A stretch of 64,000 nucleotides of DNA, from the NCBI GenBank assembly GCA_964016885.1, contig OZ024743.1, positions 323,144,001-323,208,000 of the forward strand. The letters are read 5' to 3'. Positions 14,670-28,760 of the stretch are shown piece after piece. The translations under genes were made by a program, and so were the position numbers. The stretch comes from Eledone cirrhosa. Its lineage: Eukaryota. Under the pieces are notes generated by a model. It did not search any database and was not told where the DNA came from. It saw only the letters and a program-made list of their open reading frames with translations. Every line of letters starts with the position of its first letter. The first letter of the stretch is position 1.

Positions 14670-14895
14670 TATTTCACATTGCTCCAGTTTACTCAGCTGT
14701 AGAAATGAGATGATAGGGACTGGGGTCCCTATCATTCCACTGCAAAGTGGTCGTGGAGGTGCCACGGCAAAAAAGCACCCAGCACTCACTGTAAATGATG
14801 TTGGTGTTAGGAAGGGCATCCAGCTGTAGAAATCAAGCCAGAATCAGTTCCCGTCCCACCCTTGCAAGCAGGGAAAAGCGGACGTAAAATGATGA
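14670..14895 (+). mobile_element. Same SINE, 5'-truncated
   Basis: Matches 14047-14280. Confidence 0.85.
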
Positions 14896-15012
14896 ATATG
14901 TATGTGTGTGTATATGTGTATGTGTGTGTGTGTGTGTATATTTGTGTATGTGTGTGTGTATGTGTGTGTATATATGTGTATATGTGTGTGTGTGTGTATA
15001 TATATATATATA

Positions 15013-16296
15013 CAGGGTGCGGCTGATATTTGTTCGCAAGATTAGTCTAGGAAAATAATCACACAGTAGTTTTATTTTTTAAGATATATTTATTAAACTT
15101 GGGTCAGTTTGTCTTGATGACTTGTTCTTTTGATCTCGATAAACCTGCCATTGGCTTTGATGATGGCCTCAAGACTGCCTTGGAACCGGCTACAGGCCTA
15201 CGTCACTGTCCCCCGACTTAGGCCCCTAAAGGCACTTGTGATCCTGGCCTTCAGATCGTCTTTCGTATTGCAGCTAGATCTGTTGGTGTCTCGTTCCACT
15301 GCACCCCATACAAAGAAGTCGAAGGGGTTGCAGTTAGGTGAGCTGGGAGGCCAGATGTCAGGTGAAGTGTGGTCGATGAAGTTCTCTGACAGCCAGGCTT
15401 GGGTCTTTCGGCTGGTATGGCAGGGCGCTGAGTCTTGCTGCCACACGTACGGTCTACCTGCAGTTACCTGGTCTATCCAGGGCTTTACTACCTCGCTCAG
15501 AACGCGGATGTAGCCATCGGTGTTCAGCTTGAGGCCCTCAGGGAAGAAGTGAGGTGGCATGACGTCACCTTGACTGCTGACGACATCTAAGACCAATGTT
15601 GTAGCTGGAAACTTAGTTTGCATGACTCTGGGATGAGACATCGAGCCACCTGTTGTCCTGGGAGTTGATCTTCTGGTCTTGGCAGAAGTTTTTCTCATTG
15701 GAGAAAAACTATGTCTGGCTCCAGTGGGTGTTTCAACTCGTTGATCAGCTTTTTTGCGTGCTTCAGTCGCTTTTCTTGCATTGCCTTTGACAGAAATTGT
15801 CCTTTCCTCATCTTGTATGAAACGTAGCGAATGTCTTCATGTACCACCAGCCTAATGAACTTTTCATCCACGCCTTTCTCGCTTGCAATGGCATGCATCA
15901 ACTTGCTAGGTTCATTGTTGATGATATCCTGAACTTCAGCGACGAACTCGGGCGTTCTGAAGGCGTCAGATCATCGATCATGTGTTTTCCTCTCTGATAT
16001 TGCTTTGTAATCGAATCCTGAATCTTCCAATTCCTTTCTGACCTTTTCCACCATTCTCCTGCTGATGCTGAGAAAGTCTGAAATTTCCTTATTTGCCCTC
16101 TCGGCGCGGATTCCAAGAAGAACTGTGTCTCTTCCACAAATTTGGAGGTTCAAAATTATTCATAATCAATTATTCTGAAAATAAATAATGGAAATATAGT
16201 CACTGTTTTTATGAAGACAAGAGTGACAACGGAAGTAAAAAAAATTTGCATAAAATTAGCAGTTGAAAATTGCGAACAAATATCGTCCACACCCTG
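15013..16296 (-). mobile_element. Tc1/mariner-superfamily DD37D (maT-type) transposon, full length, transposase frameshifted
   Basis: 27-bp TIRs CAGGGTG(C/T)GG..GATATTTGTTCGCAA (15013-15039, 16270-16296), TA on both sides; QQD-x37-D in WQQDSAPCH...WPPSSPNCNPFD. Confidence 0.92.
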
Positions 16297-16473
16297 TATA
16301 TGTGTATGTGTGTATATGTGTGTGTGTGTATATATATATATATGTATGTGTATATATATATATATATACATCATCGTTTTCAAATCCGTTTTTCCACACT
16401 TGCATATATATATACACGTGTGTATGTACAAACACACGTATGTGTATATGTATGCATATATATATATATATAT

Positions 16474-16858
16474 ATGGAGGCACATGGCTTAGTGGTAAGA
16501 GCATTGGCCTTGTAATCAAAAGGTTGTGAGTTCAATTCTCAGACCAGGTGATGTGTTGTTTCCTTGAGCAAGACACTTTATTTCACATTGCTCCAGTTTA
16601 CCCGGCTGTAGAAATGAGATGATAGGGACTGGGGTCCCTTTATTCCACTGCAAAAGTGGTTGTAGAGGTGCCACGGCAAAAAAGCACCCAGCCCACACTG
16701 TAAAGTGGTCGTGTAGGCGCCACGGAAAAAAAAGCACCCAGCACTCACTGTAAATGAAGTTGGTGTTAGGAAGGGCATCCAGCTGTAGAAATCAAGCCAG
16801 AATCAGTTCCCGTCCCACCCTTGCAAGCAGGGAAAAGCGGATGTAAAATGATGATGAT
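16474..16858 (+). mobile_element. tRNA-derived SINE, full length, with duplicated AAAAGCACCCAGC tail unit
   Basis: Same head/body as 13942 copy; longer RTE-C-like tail. Confidence 0.87.
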
Positions 16859-17398
16859 ATATATATATTATTTTATCTTAAATATTTGGTTGTGTTTGAA
16901 AGAAGACACCGTATTTAATAATGTTCATCAAATACAATTTCTTGCGTTATAAAAAGACTGGGATATATTGAGTAATCATCAAATATCAGAATTGTTGAAA
17001 CAGTCTTTGTAAAAATAGAAAATAAACCCATCTGGTCATGACTCAAGTAAAATGTAAACATAAAACAAATTTTATTAATTTGTTTTGTTTTGTTTCTATT
17101 TGTTCTTCTGTTGTTATTAAATTTATATTTATTTTTTCGAAGAGGTGTTTGAAGAGAAATTAAGACTTTGTTTAATTTTCCTTCTCCATTAATGGTTTGA
17201 TTGTAGGATTATAAGGAGTGAGAAATATATCATATATATGTTATTGCTATTGTTGCTTTTTCAATCTTTCCTTGATCAAAGAATATCCCTGAAATAGCAT
17301 GTCTTCTTTATTGTGGGTAAAGTTACACACCTCCTAATCATCTGGGGGTGTTGGAATCTTGATAATTGCAACATTCATCTATATTTCATGAGTACACC

Positions 17399-17698
17399 CA
17401 GAGGCGTAACGAGGGACAATAGCACTGATGACAAGCAGTGAAATTGCGTCCCTGCCCAGCACTGTATTTTTAACTATAGGCCTAATAATTTATATAAATG
17501 GTTTAATGATCCAGCCACCATAGTGTTTCTCACCCATGATAATCAAAGATGGATCATACAGCTGAAGGAGTTTCTTTTTTTACTCTCCGTCGATAGCTTA
17601 TCTGACTTTAATAGAAACGGCTCCTAGTCTATGTGGCACCCTCTTGATGTGACGCCCATAGCGCATACCATGCTTGCCATAGCCTAGTTACGCCTCTG
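17399..17698. mobile_element. hAT-type MITE (300 bp)
   Basis: Perfect 12-bp TIR CAGAGGCGTAAC/GTTACGCCTCTG; 8-bp TSD AGTACACC at 17391 and 17699. Confidence 0.88.
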
Positions 17699-18368
17699 AG
17701 TACACCAATCCCTAACTAATGATGCTGGTGCTTTCTTCCATCTGTATCTTATACTACATTATGCCACATTATTCCTTCTATAGTTTGAACTAAGTATTAA
17801 GAAGTCTCTCTCTCTATACCAATGAGGCAAACACCTTTTGCTTGTCTACTTTTTATATATTATTACAATGATAATATTCATATGAATTAAAAGTGGATAA
17901 CACTAGACATTTTATTAAAATGCATTACTTTTTATATACCTTTATTTCTTTTTATATACACACGCCATTATATGTTCAACATCTTGCCCCAAACATATGG
18001 TGTTATCATTTACTTGTTCCTTTTTCTTTCCTCCTGTTAGCAAATATACTGTAATAAATATACTTTTTTATAAAATAACTACTTTTCTCTTTTTCTCATT
18101 CTGTTTCATCCTTCTCCAAAACATCCCCTCTCCTTTCAATTAAAGACTAGATTCCAAAACTATAAAACTCTTTCCTAATTTTTTATAAGCATTAAACTAA
18201 TATACCATCATTGTAATGTGTAATTTCCTTCTGTTAACGGGGTTACTTTATGTTTGTTTTTCTTCGGTAGTAGAGTTAACTAATGTTGAAAGTGAGTAAA
18301 GATTAAGTTGAAATTAAGTATTCTTCTATATTGTGCCTAATGCAGATGTATTTTCATATATATGCATG

Positions 18369-18400
<32 letters not shown>

Positions 18401-18875
18401 CTTCGTTTTTGAATTTGTTTTGCAAGATTTCTTATCTGAAAACGTGTGTTGAAACAGATATTGTTAAACTTTGGGAGGGTCATGTTGCCAATAAAAACAC
18501 AGGCACCTGTTTGTTTTCACTTCAATTTATTATGGATTTCTGGCTGGCTGGTTGGTTCGATACTGGATAATGCGTGTGTTTTTATTGGCAGCATGACCCT
18601 TCCAAAGTATAACAATATGTATATATAAATTCAAGAACGAATGACATATATAGAAATATACAAAGGAGATAATTTGCAATCATACTAATTATAAATGAGC
18701 AGTATAGGCAGTTTAACATGGGATCAAACAGTACATACCAAACACCAAATAATTATTTTACTCTCTCATACATAATTCCTTAATGGAATTTTACTACAGT
18801 AAAATATATATATATTTATTCTTCAGGACTAGAACTGTTTGAGTCATATGAAATCATCAGGAACCTACAGATATA

Positions 18876-20055
18876 TCATCATCATCATCATCATCACCGT
18901 TTTACGTCCGTTCTTCCACGCTAGCATGGGTTAGACGGGTTGTCCTGTTGTGGGCAGTGTCTGGTCGGCTGACCATGCCTTGCTCATACAGGAACTGATC
19001 TGGCTTGATTTCTACAGCTGGATGCCCTTCCTAACACCAACCTCATTTACAGTGAGTGCTGGGTGCTTTTTCGTGGCGCCTACACGTCCACTTTACAGTG
19101 TGGGCTGGGTGCTTTTTTGCCGTGGCACCTCCACGACCACCTTGCGGTGGGGGGAGTGGGGGCATATTGTTTATATGCTTCAGCATGTACCCATGGGAGG
19201 TCGGGTACCCTGTATTACTGCGTGACGCCAGAAGTCACGGTCGTGTGTCATTGACTTTGAGAGGTGTAGTTGGGTAAGGTCGGCTTTTATCACCTCATCC
19301 CAAGTCATCTTGGGTCTCCCCACTCCGCGGTTTCCATCAACTTCTAGTGCTCTGCACCTTTTTATGCAGCTGTCATCCTTCATACGCATCACATGTCCAT
19401 ACCAGCGTAACCGCCTCTCCTGCACGCAGCATTTGATTCCTCTTATGCTCAGTCTCTCTCTCAATTCCTTTATGCTTTGTCGTTCACGTATATTACTGTT
19501 ACACATCCATCGGAGCATGCAGGCTTCGTTTCTCTCTAATCTACGTAAGTCTTCCACCTTCAGCGCCCAGGTCTCACTACCATGCAACATCGCTGTTCGG
19601 ATACACGCATCATACAGTCTGCCTTTCATTCTGAGGGAGAAGCCTTTTGCAGCTAGCAGTGGTAGTAGTTCCCTAAACTTCTTCCATCCCGTTCTTACCC
19701 TAGTTATTGTACTTTCTGAGCACCCACCTCCGTTGCTAATTCGGTCACCTAGGTAGCAGAAGCTGTCTACTATTTCTACAGGGCCCTCCCAGAGATTGGT
19801 GGTACTTGTTTCCTGTGGCTGTTTGCTTGCTGTTTCAGCGCAGCTGCTGCATGTGAATCCTACATTCTTAATTAAGCTTCCTGAGATCCCGCTACATCTC
19901 TTGTGTACCCATTGTTTGCATTTGGGGCAGAGAATGGAGTTCCTACCTACACCTTTCCTACATACTGAGCAAGGCCATTTCCCTGAGGGGATCTGGGTTC
20001 TGTTTTCTCGTCTACTTATAAGGACCTTAGTCTTTGTCATGTTGACTTTGAGGCC
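18876..20055 (-). mobile_element. RTE LINE family C, 5'-truncated
   Basis: ORF 19180..20073 nearly identical to 5775-6655; 3'UTR and ATG tail. Confidence 0.93.
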
Positions 20056-21718
20056 TATGGCATATGTGGACAATATAAAGAACTTATTAAATATTCATAT
20101 TTCCTTTGTGATTAAAAAGATGATAATTCTATAATAATTTGATTTGAATTAGTGAATTCTCTTCATTTTTATTGGTGGACATTAACAAAACAAGAAACTT
20201 AATTTAAAATTGCACTCATTCTTTGTCGTCAATTTTAATGAAAAATAGAAAATATATTCATAATATCCAGTATATTCCAAAAAGAAAAGTGTGTGTATTG
20301 TTATTTTTGTTAAGCTAAATGTATTTTTTAAATCTCACTGCAGATGATTAAAAAGATACTTTATAAACAATGTCTAAATGGAATGGAATTTTTCTTTCTG
20401 ATAAAACACCACATTTTATCTTTCTTCTATTTTCCAAATATTTTTATTTACATGGTTTGAATTAAAGTTTATATTTTAACCCATGCTATTTTTCAGACAT
20501 AGTATACGTCGTCTGATGTATTCTTTTTAAAGTCAGTAATGTTTTGGGGTAGGGACAAGGGGCTTTGTCAGGAGAAAGTGGAGTACCATTTACAGGCTCT
20601 CAGACTGTTGATATCAGTACAGTTTAAGAAATTTCGCCGTTATTTCTAGGAGATTGAGTTATATAGATGCTAATAAAGTTGTAACCATTTCTGCTAAAAC
20701 TACAGAATCTTGTTACATAACTGAATTTATCATCTATCTATGTTATCTTAAATTATTGACAATGTGAAACCAGTTTAAACATTTGTCTAGTGTTGTATCT
20801 TTTGGATCAATTTCCTAGTTTAAATGAATAAGACAATTGTATTGCTAGTTAAAATTTTTGATAATAGCCCACCCAAAACCAACCCTGGATCTATGAAAAA
20901 GAAAACAAGCATTTTAAAATGTTCCTATTTAAATTAAAATCGTCAAAAATGTTTTTATAGGAGAACTATATATTAAGTCACTATCTTAGTCATGAAATAA
21001 TCAATAATTTTAATAAATCCCTCAAAGTTTTCATTAATTAATTGAATAGAGTGTATTTAATGAAAGGTTTAAATAAATCATTTTTACAAAAGATATGTTC
21101 TTTTAAGTTTTTAACAAGTAAATTCCATAAACTACCTGGCACCCAAGAAAAAAAAATGTGAACTCTGAAAAATCATTTAGTTTCTCTTGGTTGGAATTCA
21201 TTGTCATCTCTGTATTATAATATTTTTCTTCAATAAAACAATATATTAGTTGTGATTAGGATACTATTAGTATGGAAAATTACTATTTTTCCTCAAAATT
21301 CAAGTAAATCATAATTGCTAGCTCTGATTTGCAAAGTTAGCCTGAGACCTATTTTAGAAATGTGGTAATTACTACTTTTGGTGGCAGATATTTTGTTGTG
21401 TGTGATCAGTATATATATACATACATACATACATATATATAGTTAATACAATGCATTGTGAGATATGTAATAAAAGACTGGTAAGTTTCAAAAAGCAGTA
21501 CAGTGTGGTAGAAAAATATAAAGGGCAAATAGTAATGTTTTACCCAGTGTATTTCAACATATTTTTGGGCTATTACCCTCATTTCAAATGTGGAGCTGAA
21601 ACAGTTCAGAACAAAACACAATTATTATGTTCTTCTTCAAGTGGCCTACATGTCAGAAATATGCATGTGTGAAGTTATAGTAACCAGTCTGCTTCATGCA
21701 TTTCTAATCTATCATTTA

Positions 21719-22400
21719 TCAGTAATTTTTTTTCCCCCGGTTGATGATAATGGCTGCTTTGATTCTTAAATTGCTTATATTCCTTTCCATTAGCTCTATG
21801 GTAACATCAATGTCTTGGCTCTCAAGATGTTTTTTAACAGAAGAAGCTCTCGTCGTCATGTGCACTTTGATCTGTATGTGCAGCATCTGGACAGTATTTC
21901 CAATATATGAGGAGCTATATTTTTTACATGTGCCCTTGTAGACCACATACACTCTCTTGCACACTTCTGTGTTGTTGATGGGACAATTAGGAAGTGTGCA
22001 CATGCCGTTATATGTGGGTTGATGTCAGTGGTGCAGTCTCCTCAATGAGGATCTAAAATTAGGATTAGAATTAGTGTTAGTATAATTGTTAGAATAATTA
22101 CCATGAACAGTTATATGGCTACAGTCTACTAGCCTTGTTGCTGGGTTAGTATTGTTCACTTGATAGTGAGTGCTTACAGATTTTATAATCCTTCTTCAGA
22201 CAATGTTAATCTAATTCCTGTCTTGGCAAATCTATTACCTGTCGGAGAACGTGTAAAGGTGTTTTCATTATCTGGGTCATTCCAGTGGTTTAGGGTATGT
22301 ACCTCTGCTATTCTTAGGTCAACTGCATCTTTTAACTCCACAAGAATTTTTGTTGTTATTCTTCCTCCACATATTTCTTTGCATTGAAATACGGCTCTCG
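21719..22400 (-). mobile_element. Decayed Penelope-like retroelement (GIY-YIG endonuclease and upstream linker)
   Basis: CTLPNCPI..C..VYVVYKGTCKKYSSSYIGNT..LHIQIKVH..SSVKKH fits the PLE GIY-YIG pattern VVY..C..C...YIG.T...L..R..EH. Confidence 0.7.
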
Positions 22401-22403
22401 AAA

Positions 22404-22584
22404 TGTTGATTATTTTAAGGCATAGGTGTTGGAAGGGCATCCAGCTGCAGAAAACCTGCCAGATACAGTCCTATACGAGCGAGACACAGTCACCCGATCA
22501 ATCTTGCCTCAAGTGGGACAATCCCCATCCAACCCATGCCAGCGTGGAAGACAGACGCTAAACGATGACGATGATGATGATGAT
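22404..22584 (+). mobile_element. RTE family B-like 3' tail fragment
   Basis: GGTGTTGGAAGGGCATCCAGC...CCCATGCCAGCGTGGAAG..(ATG)n. Confidence 0.75.
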
Positions 22585-23387
22585 AATTTAGTTATGAAGT
22601 TGGTGTTTTGTGGAACCAATGTAGTTTGGGCCACATGTGCAATTTGACTTATACACTACATGGTCTTTTAGGCATATTGGTCTTGTATTGCTGCTGTTGC
22701 CAATTCCTGTGTATTCCCCAACAGAGCAACTCCAAACGCAGCAAACATTTTGGTGCTCTGTAAAAGGTGTTGCCTCAATGTCCTTCCATGCCTCGTTACA
22801 TGCTGGATGTCTTTTTGATCACCAGCCACATTACACCAGTACTGGGTACGTTTATTGTGTAGATCACCAAACACTAGAGAGGCTGTCATATCCTTATACA
22901 AGAATTGTTACTGGGATGTTGTTCTGATAGTTGATATAAGTGACTAAGTGTGATTTGTGTAGAAGGTGTTATTTCTGTGTGTGTGTAAATATTTGCATGA
23001 ATTAGTCACTGAAAACCTGAAAAGTTAATAAGCTTATAACTTTTGTTATATTAATTGCATTGTTACTCATATTTAACAGACAATTGCTTGTAATAATTAT
23101 CTCACTCACAAGCTTATTATATAGTCTGCATATGTCGAGATACCTGTGATATTTGCATTTAAAATTGTGAACAATTTTTTTATAACATGACCTTATATGG
23201 CTCAAACAAAATACACCTAATACCAAACCTTACATGCTTTTAAGTAAGGTACTTGTTACATTAATCCTCACTTGTCAAACCACTGAACTGTGGGACATAA
23301 ACAAACCACTCACTATTGTGGTATCAGTGTGAAGACATGCAGGAATACACATTCACACATTCACACACATTCACACACATTCACACA

Positions 23388-23424
<37 letters not shown>

Positions 23425-23472
23425 TCACACACACACACTCACACACACTCACACACACACATATATGTAAGT

Positions 23473-25077
23473 ATCATCATCATCATCATCAGGTTCAGCG
23501 TCCGTGTTCCACGCCCGCATGGGTTCGGACGGGGGTTTTCCCACCTGAGGCAAGAGTGGTTGTCTTGCTCGCATAGGACTGTCTGGCGGGTCTTCTACAG
23601 TCGGATGCCCTTCCTAACACCAACCACATTTACAGTGTGGGGCTGGGAGGTTTTTACCGTGTTGCCTACACGGCCACATTACAGCGTGGACTGTCTGGCG
23701 GGTTTTCTACAGCTGGATGCCCTTCCTAACACCAACCACATTTACAGTGTGGGGCTGGGAGGTTTTTACCGTGTTGCCTACACGGCCACATTTACAGCGT
23801 GGACTGTGTGTTTTTTGTCGTGACACCTACACGATCTCATTTGTTTCGGCCTGGATGTTGTGGGACCAACATAACTTTACATTGAAAGGGGCGGTGTGGG
23901 TGGGGTGGAGGTGGTGGGACGGGGGTGTGTTTTGATAGAGGTGCCTACTGACTGTAGTAGGTTTTTACTTTGTATTTAGGTAAGGCGGGTCTTCTCTATT
24001 ACTGAGTACCGCCAAAGGTCTCGGTCCAGTGACATTGTCTTGGAGAGGTGTAAGCGTGTGAGGTCGGAATTTATCAGCTCGTCCCATGTTTTTCTGGGTC
24101 TGCCTACTCCGTGGCTACCGTCTATCTTTATTGCCCTGCACTTTGTTATACAGCTGTCGTCTTTCATGCGCATCACGTGACCGTACCAACGTAGCCTTCT
24201 CTCGAGTAAACATCTGATCCCTCTTATTTCTAATTTTTTCCTTAGTTCGTTTATGCTTTGCCGTTCACGTATATTACTATTGCACATCCAGCGGAGCATG
24301 CAAGCTTCGTTCCTCTCTAGTCTGCGTATATCCTCTGCACACAATGCCCAGGTCTCACTGCCATGCAGCATTGCTGTTCGTATGCAGGCATCGTATAACC
24401 TGCCTTTCATTTTTAGGGAGAACCCTCTAGCGGCTAATAGTGGTATAAGCTCTCTGAACTTTTTCCATCCAGTTCTGACTCTAGCTACTGTACTTTCAGA
24501 GCACCCTCCCCCACTGCTGATTTTGTCACCCAGATAACGGAAGCTGTCCACTATTTCTATAGAACCCTCTGCGCAGTTGAAGGAGCTAGTATTTTGTGGG
24601 CACTTGCTGCTACTTATTGCACCAGAGCACCGGCCACATGTAAAATCTATGTTCTTAGTTAGCTTACCTGTGATCCCACTACATCTTTTATGCACCCATA
24701 CTTTGCATTTGGGACATAAAATGGAGTTTCTACCTACGCCTTTCCTACACACTGAGCATGGCCATTTCCCCGATGGGACCGCCGCCTTATTTTCTTTCCT
24801 ACAAACTAGAACTTTAGTCTTAGCCAGGTTAATTTTAAGGCCTTTTGATTCTAGGCCGTGCTTCCACGTTTGGAATTTCTTCTCTAGTTCGGTCATTGAT
24901 TCAGCTATGAGCGTTAGATCATCTGCGTATAGGAGTTCCCATGGGCAGCCGGTCTTGAACTCCTCTGTTATAGCCTGAAGGGCAATAATAAATAGTAGGG
25001 GGCTAAGTACAGAGCCCTGATGGACACCAACTTTTACGCTAAACTCTTCACTATATTCGTTGTTAATTCTAACCTTA
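23473..25077 (-). mobile_element. RTE LINE family B, 5'-truncated, ~115-bp duplication in 3'UTR
   Basis: ORF 23976..25115 matches 9470-10585; 23575-23690 repeated at 23688-23805. Confidence 0.93.
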
Positions 25078-25349
25078 CATATATATATTATCATCATCGC
25101 TATTTTTATGTCCACTTTTCTGTATTATTAAAATTCAAAGCCAACTGATTAGTGTACACATACATTGAGTGAGGATGTCAACTTTGTGTGTGTAGGAAAT
25201 GCACCACTTTCTACAATTCCAATTTGCAGGTGGTAGTCCAAGTGGAACCACCATGTGCAGAAATAAGTTGGCCAAACAAATCTTATGCAAAAACTAGTAT
25301 TTATAAATAGGAATGAAGATAAAACCCTGACCCTATCAAGGAAGTGGCC

Positions 25350-25640
25350 ATACATAAGAAAACTCCTTTGTATTTCCTATTTGGGACGTAAAACCAATAC
25401 TTACGTGTGGATTAAGGTTAAAAGTTTTGTGGGTTACCAGGAACCTCTCCTCGCCACTGTCAAGAGGAGGAAACTGGTGTGGTTTGGCCACGTCACACGA
25501 CATGACAGTCTGACCAAGACCATCATGCAAGGCACCATTGAAGGTGGACATAGGAGGGGACGCCAACACAAAAACTGGTTGGACTGTCAAAGAATGGACA
25601 CAAATGACACCACCAGATTTGCTAATAGCCGCTGTTCATA
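25350..25640 (+). mobile_element. Old RTE/BovB-like LINE C-terminal fragment
   Basis: KRRKLVWFGHVTRHDSLTKTIMQGTIEGGHRRGRQ. Confidence 0.7.
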
Positions 25641-26122
25641 GACTATTTTGAGTGTGTATGTTTTGAGGGAACAACACCAATAACCCCCTCCCCTCCCATT
25701 TTGAGCTGTTACTAAATGGGGTGAATCTACCCAAGGTAAACTCTTTCATATCATTTAAAAAAATTTTGCTGTGCCAGAAAATGAAGGCAATTTTTTCAAA
25801 CATTGTTAAAAACAAAATACTATGGGAATTGAATCTGAGACTATGTACAACTGGTAACATAACACTTTCTGTGCATTTGATTGCTGTTCTTCTGCAACAT
25901 TTCTATATCAAACTTTGTCACAATAAAATCACATTCTGATTTGCTAACAATAACAACTAATACCCATATTTAGGTTCTGTCTGCATCTTTATTTCATTGT
26001 CACTATTAATACATACATATATACATATATACACAAGCAAACACACATGTATGCATATGTTCACACATGCAGTCATTTTCCTCTTTTCTCTTCATTCTCC
26101 TGCCTCACTCTCTCTATCGACA

Positions 26123-26169
<47 letters not shown>

Positions 26170-27129
26170 GCGCACGCGCACACACACTTCTCTGTCTATA
26201 TATACACTATCTCTAGCAGAGGCCAATCACACACACACATTAGTCCACTCTCTCACTACTCACCTTTCTCTTTTGCTCTCTGATTGTATTCACATCCACA
26301 ACCTACCACTTTCTATACACATGCATACATACACATATACACACACATTAACATACACAAACATACACATATACACACACACACATTAACATACACATGC
26401 AGAATTCAGGTCTAGTGGGGGTAGACTTGATGGGTGGTGGTGTAGACATAATTTGGAGAGGAGGGCGTAGAATTGATTAGTTACCCAGTTTAACAACACC
26501 ACATGGATTTAGCTGCTTTTAGTGGAGTTGGTAGCTTTTGATGCTAGGTCGTCCCTGGTTTTAAGATACCTTCCTCCCTCCTTCCTATCAATCTCAGAGG
26601 CCTTAAAAAGGGCCATAGGACCAAGTCAGTACTGAAGTGAGGGAATTGGGTGGAGGGAGCGATAGAAGGGAGATAAGTATGAAATTATGGCAAGTGTTTT
26701 ATAATTTGACAGGGTTATATGTGTGGAAGGGGAGGGGTGACTTTGATAGCATAGTGGGAGGGGGTGATGTGGGGAGAACACTAAAGTGGAGATAGTGGGC
26801 ATGGTATGGGGGTCAATAACCCTAGAAAAGGGAGGTGTAGTGATGGAGAAAATAGCTAGAGTGGAAGGGGAATGGGTGGGGTGCATAGGGGTGAAGAGAG
26901 TAGTTACGGTGAAGGGTGCAATACTGGGGCATTTAAGGGCTTTAGAGGAGGTTGCAGCTAAGGCAGGGGTGGGGATAGGTGTTAGGGCATGTTAGTGGAA
27001 AGGGGAGGGGGACATGGTGATAAGCCAGGTCACATTGTTTGCTGTTGGCAGGTGGGGAGAGGGGTCTTCACCAGAACAGCATAGCTCCTGCGCCTCTACA
27101 GTCCATCGTCCGTTATCTACATTGTGACA

Positions 27130-28760
27130 ACCTCATTTTAAGTCCTCCTAGACTGCCTCTTTCATAGATCCCAACCACTGGGGTTTCATTGCATTTTTTT
27201 TATGCAGCTTTTATCTTCCATGCATATCACATGTCCATACCAGCATAGTCTTCTCTCTTGCACACTACATCCAATTCTTCTTGTGCCAAGTTTTTCTCTC
27301 AGTTTGCTTATGCAATGTTAATGCATACTAACGTTACACATTCACTGAAACATATTTGATTCATTTCTTTCAAGCCTCCACAGATCTTCTGTGGTGAAGG
27401 CCTATGTATACCCTTCACTCTCAGAGAAAAGCCCTTTATTGTCAGCAGAGGTAACAGCTCTCTAAACTTCTTCCAGACTGTTCTTTTCTTATTACACTTT
27501 CAGAACATCTTCTCTCACTGCTTATTTCATCACCTAGGTAACAAAAACTGTCAACCACTTCTAAAGAGCCTCCTTGGAAACTGAACATGTTTCAAATGTG
27601 CTCTTTGTGCTCACTTTTCCTGTGCATCTGCCACATACAAAGTCTATTTTTTCCATTAACCTGCCTGCTATCCCTATCCATCTCTTGTGCATCCATAAAT
27701 TACTCTGTGCACCATATAGAATTTCTATTCACTCCCTATTTACATATTGAACAAGGCCATTTCTCTGATGGCATCACTCTCCTGTTTTCTTTCCTATTTA
27801 ATAAGACTTTTGTCTTTTCTAAGTTTACTTTTAGGCCTTTTAACTGTAGGTTCTTGTTCCATTCTTGACATTTTACCTCTAACTCTCCTATGGATACAGT
27901 TATGAGGATCAGGTCATCATCATATAGGAGCTTCCATGAAGTACCAATTTTAAACTCCTTAATGATGGTCTGAAGTGAAATGATAAATGGGAGGGGGACT
28001 GAAGATTGGCCCTAATACTGTCCCTAATTAGTTGTGCTATAACCCTTTCAGAAATGTTCATGATCTGGTCCATCAACTTAGTGCCTCTACAGTTACTTCT
28101 CTCTAGTGCATCTCCTTTGCCCTTGTAACAATTTACAATGATATTGCTGCGCCAGTCATTGGGTATGGCACCATCCTGTGCTACTTGATTAACCAGGTGT
28201 CTGACTAGCTCATATCCTACCATACCAGATGCTTTTATCATCTCAGCAACTATACCACATGGTCCAGCTGCCTTTCCTACCTTCATGTCCTTAATTCCTT
28301 TATCATATTGCTGTCAACTTTTATGGCTGGTCCTTCAGTAGATTGTGCATGGGGTAGACCCTCACTGTCACATTTATTTTCCTTGTTCAGCAACCTCTCA
28401 TAGTAAGTTTTCAATGCCTCCTTCTTTTTGGCGAGGGACAGGGTAAGTGCTCCTGTCATTTCGGACACACTTTCCCCAAGCATATCACAATTTTTCCTAT
28501 GATACTGTCTCACAATCCTGACCACTTCATGCCTCTGATCTCCATGGCACAGAACATGTGCACACTTTTTCTTTCCTGTCTCTCCCATCACTAGATATCT
28601 TGATGCCTGGCCTCTCTTCTAGCAGCCTGGTATTGCTTTCTCTTTCCTCCATTCTTTCAGTCTCTCCATGCTTGTCTTTTTGTTTTAATGGCTCTTCTTA
28701 TCTTATCATTCCACTACCACACCACTTTCCATCTTGGTGGGACCTTGCTGCAGTACATGC
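27130..28760 (-). mobile_element. Decayed RTE (PHD-type) LINE
   Basis: [39 protein letters not shown]; many stops and frameshifts. Confidence 0.8.

Noticed and set aside
18825-18870. CTGATGA on minus strand with a small hairpin
   Set aside because: GAAA box reads CAAA and no convincing stem I partner
26400-27090. G-rich segment resembling 44300-44490
   Set aside because: Probably an old repeat, but too decayed to classify
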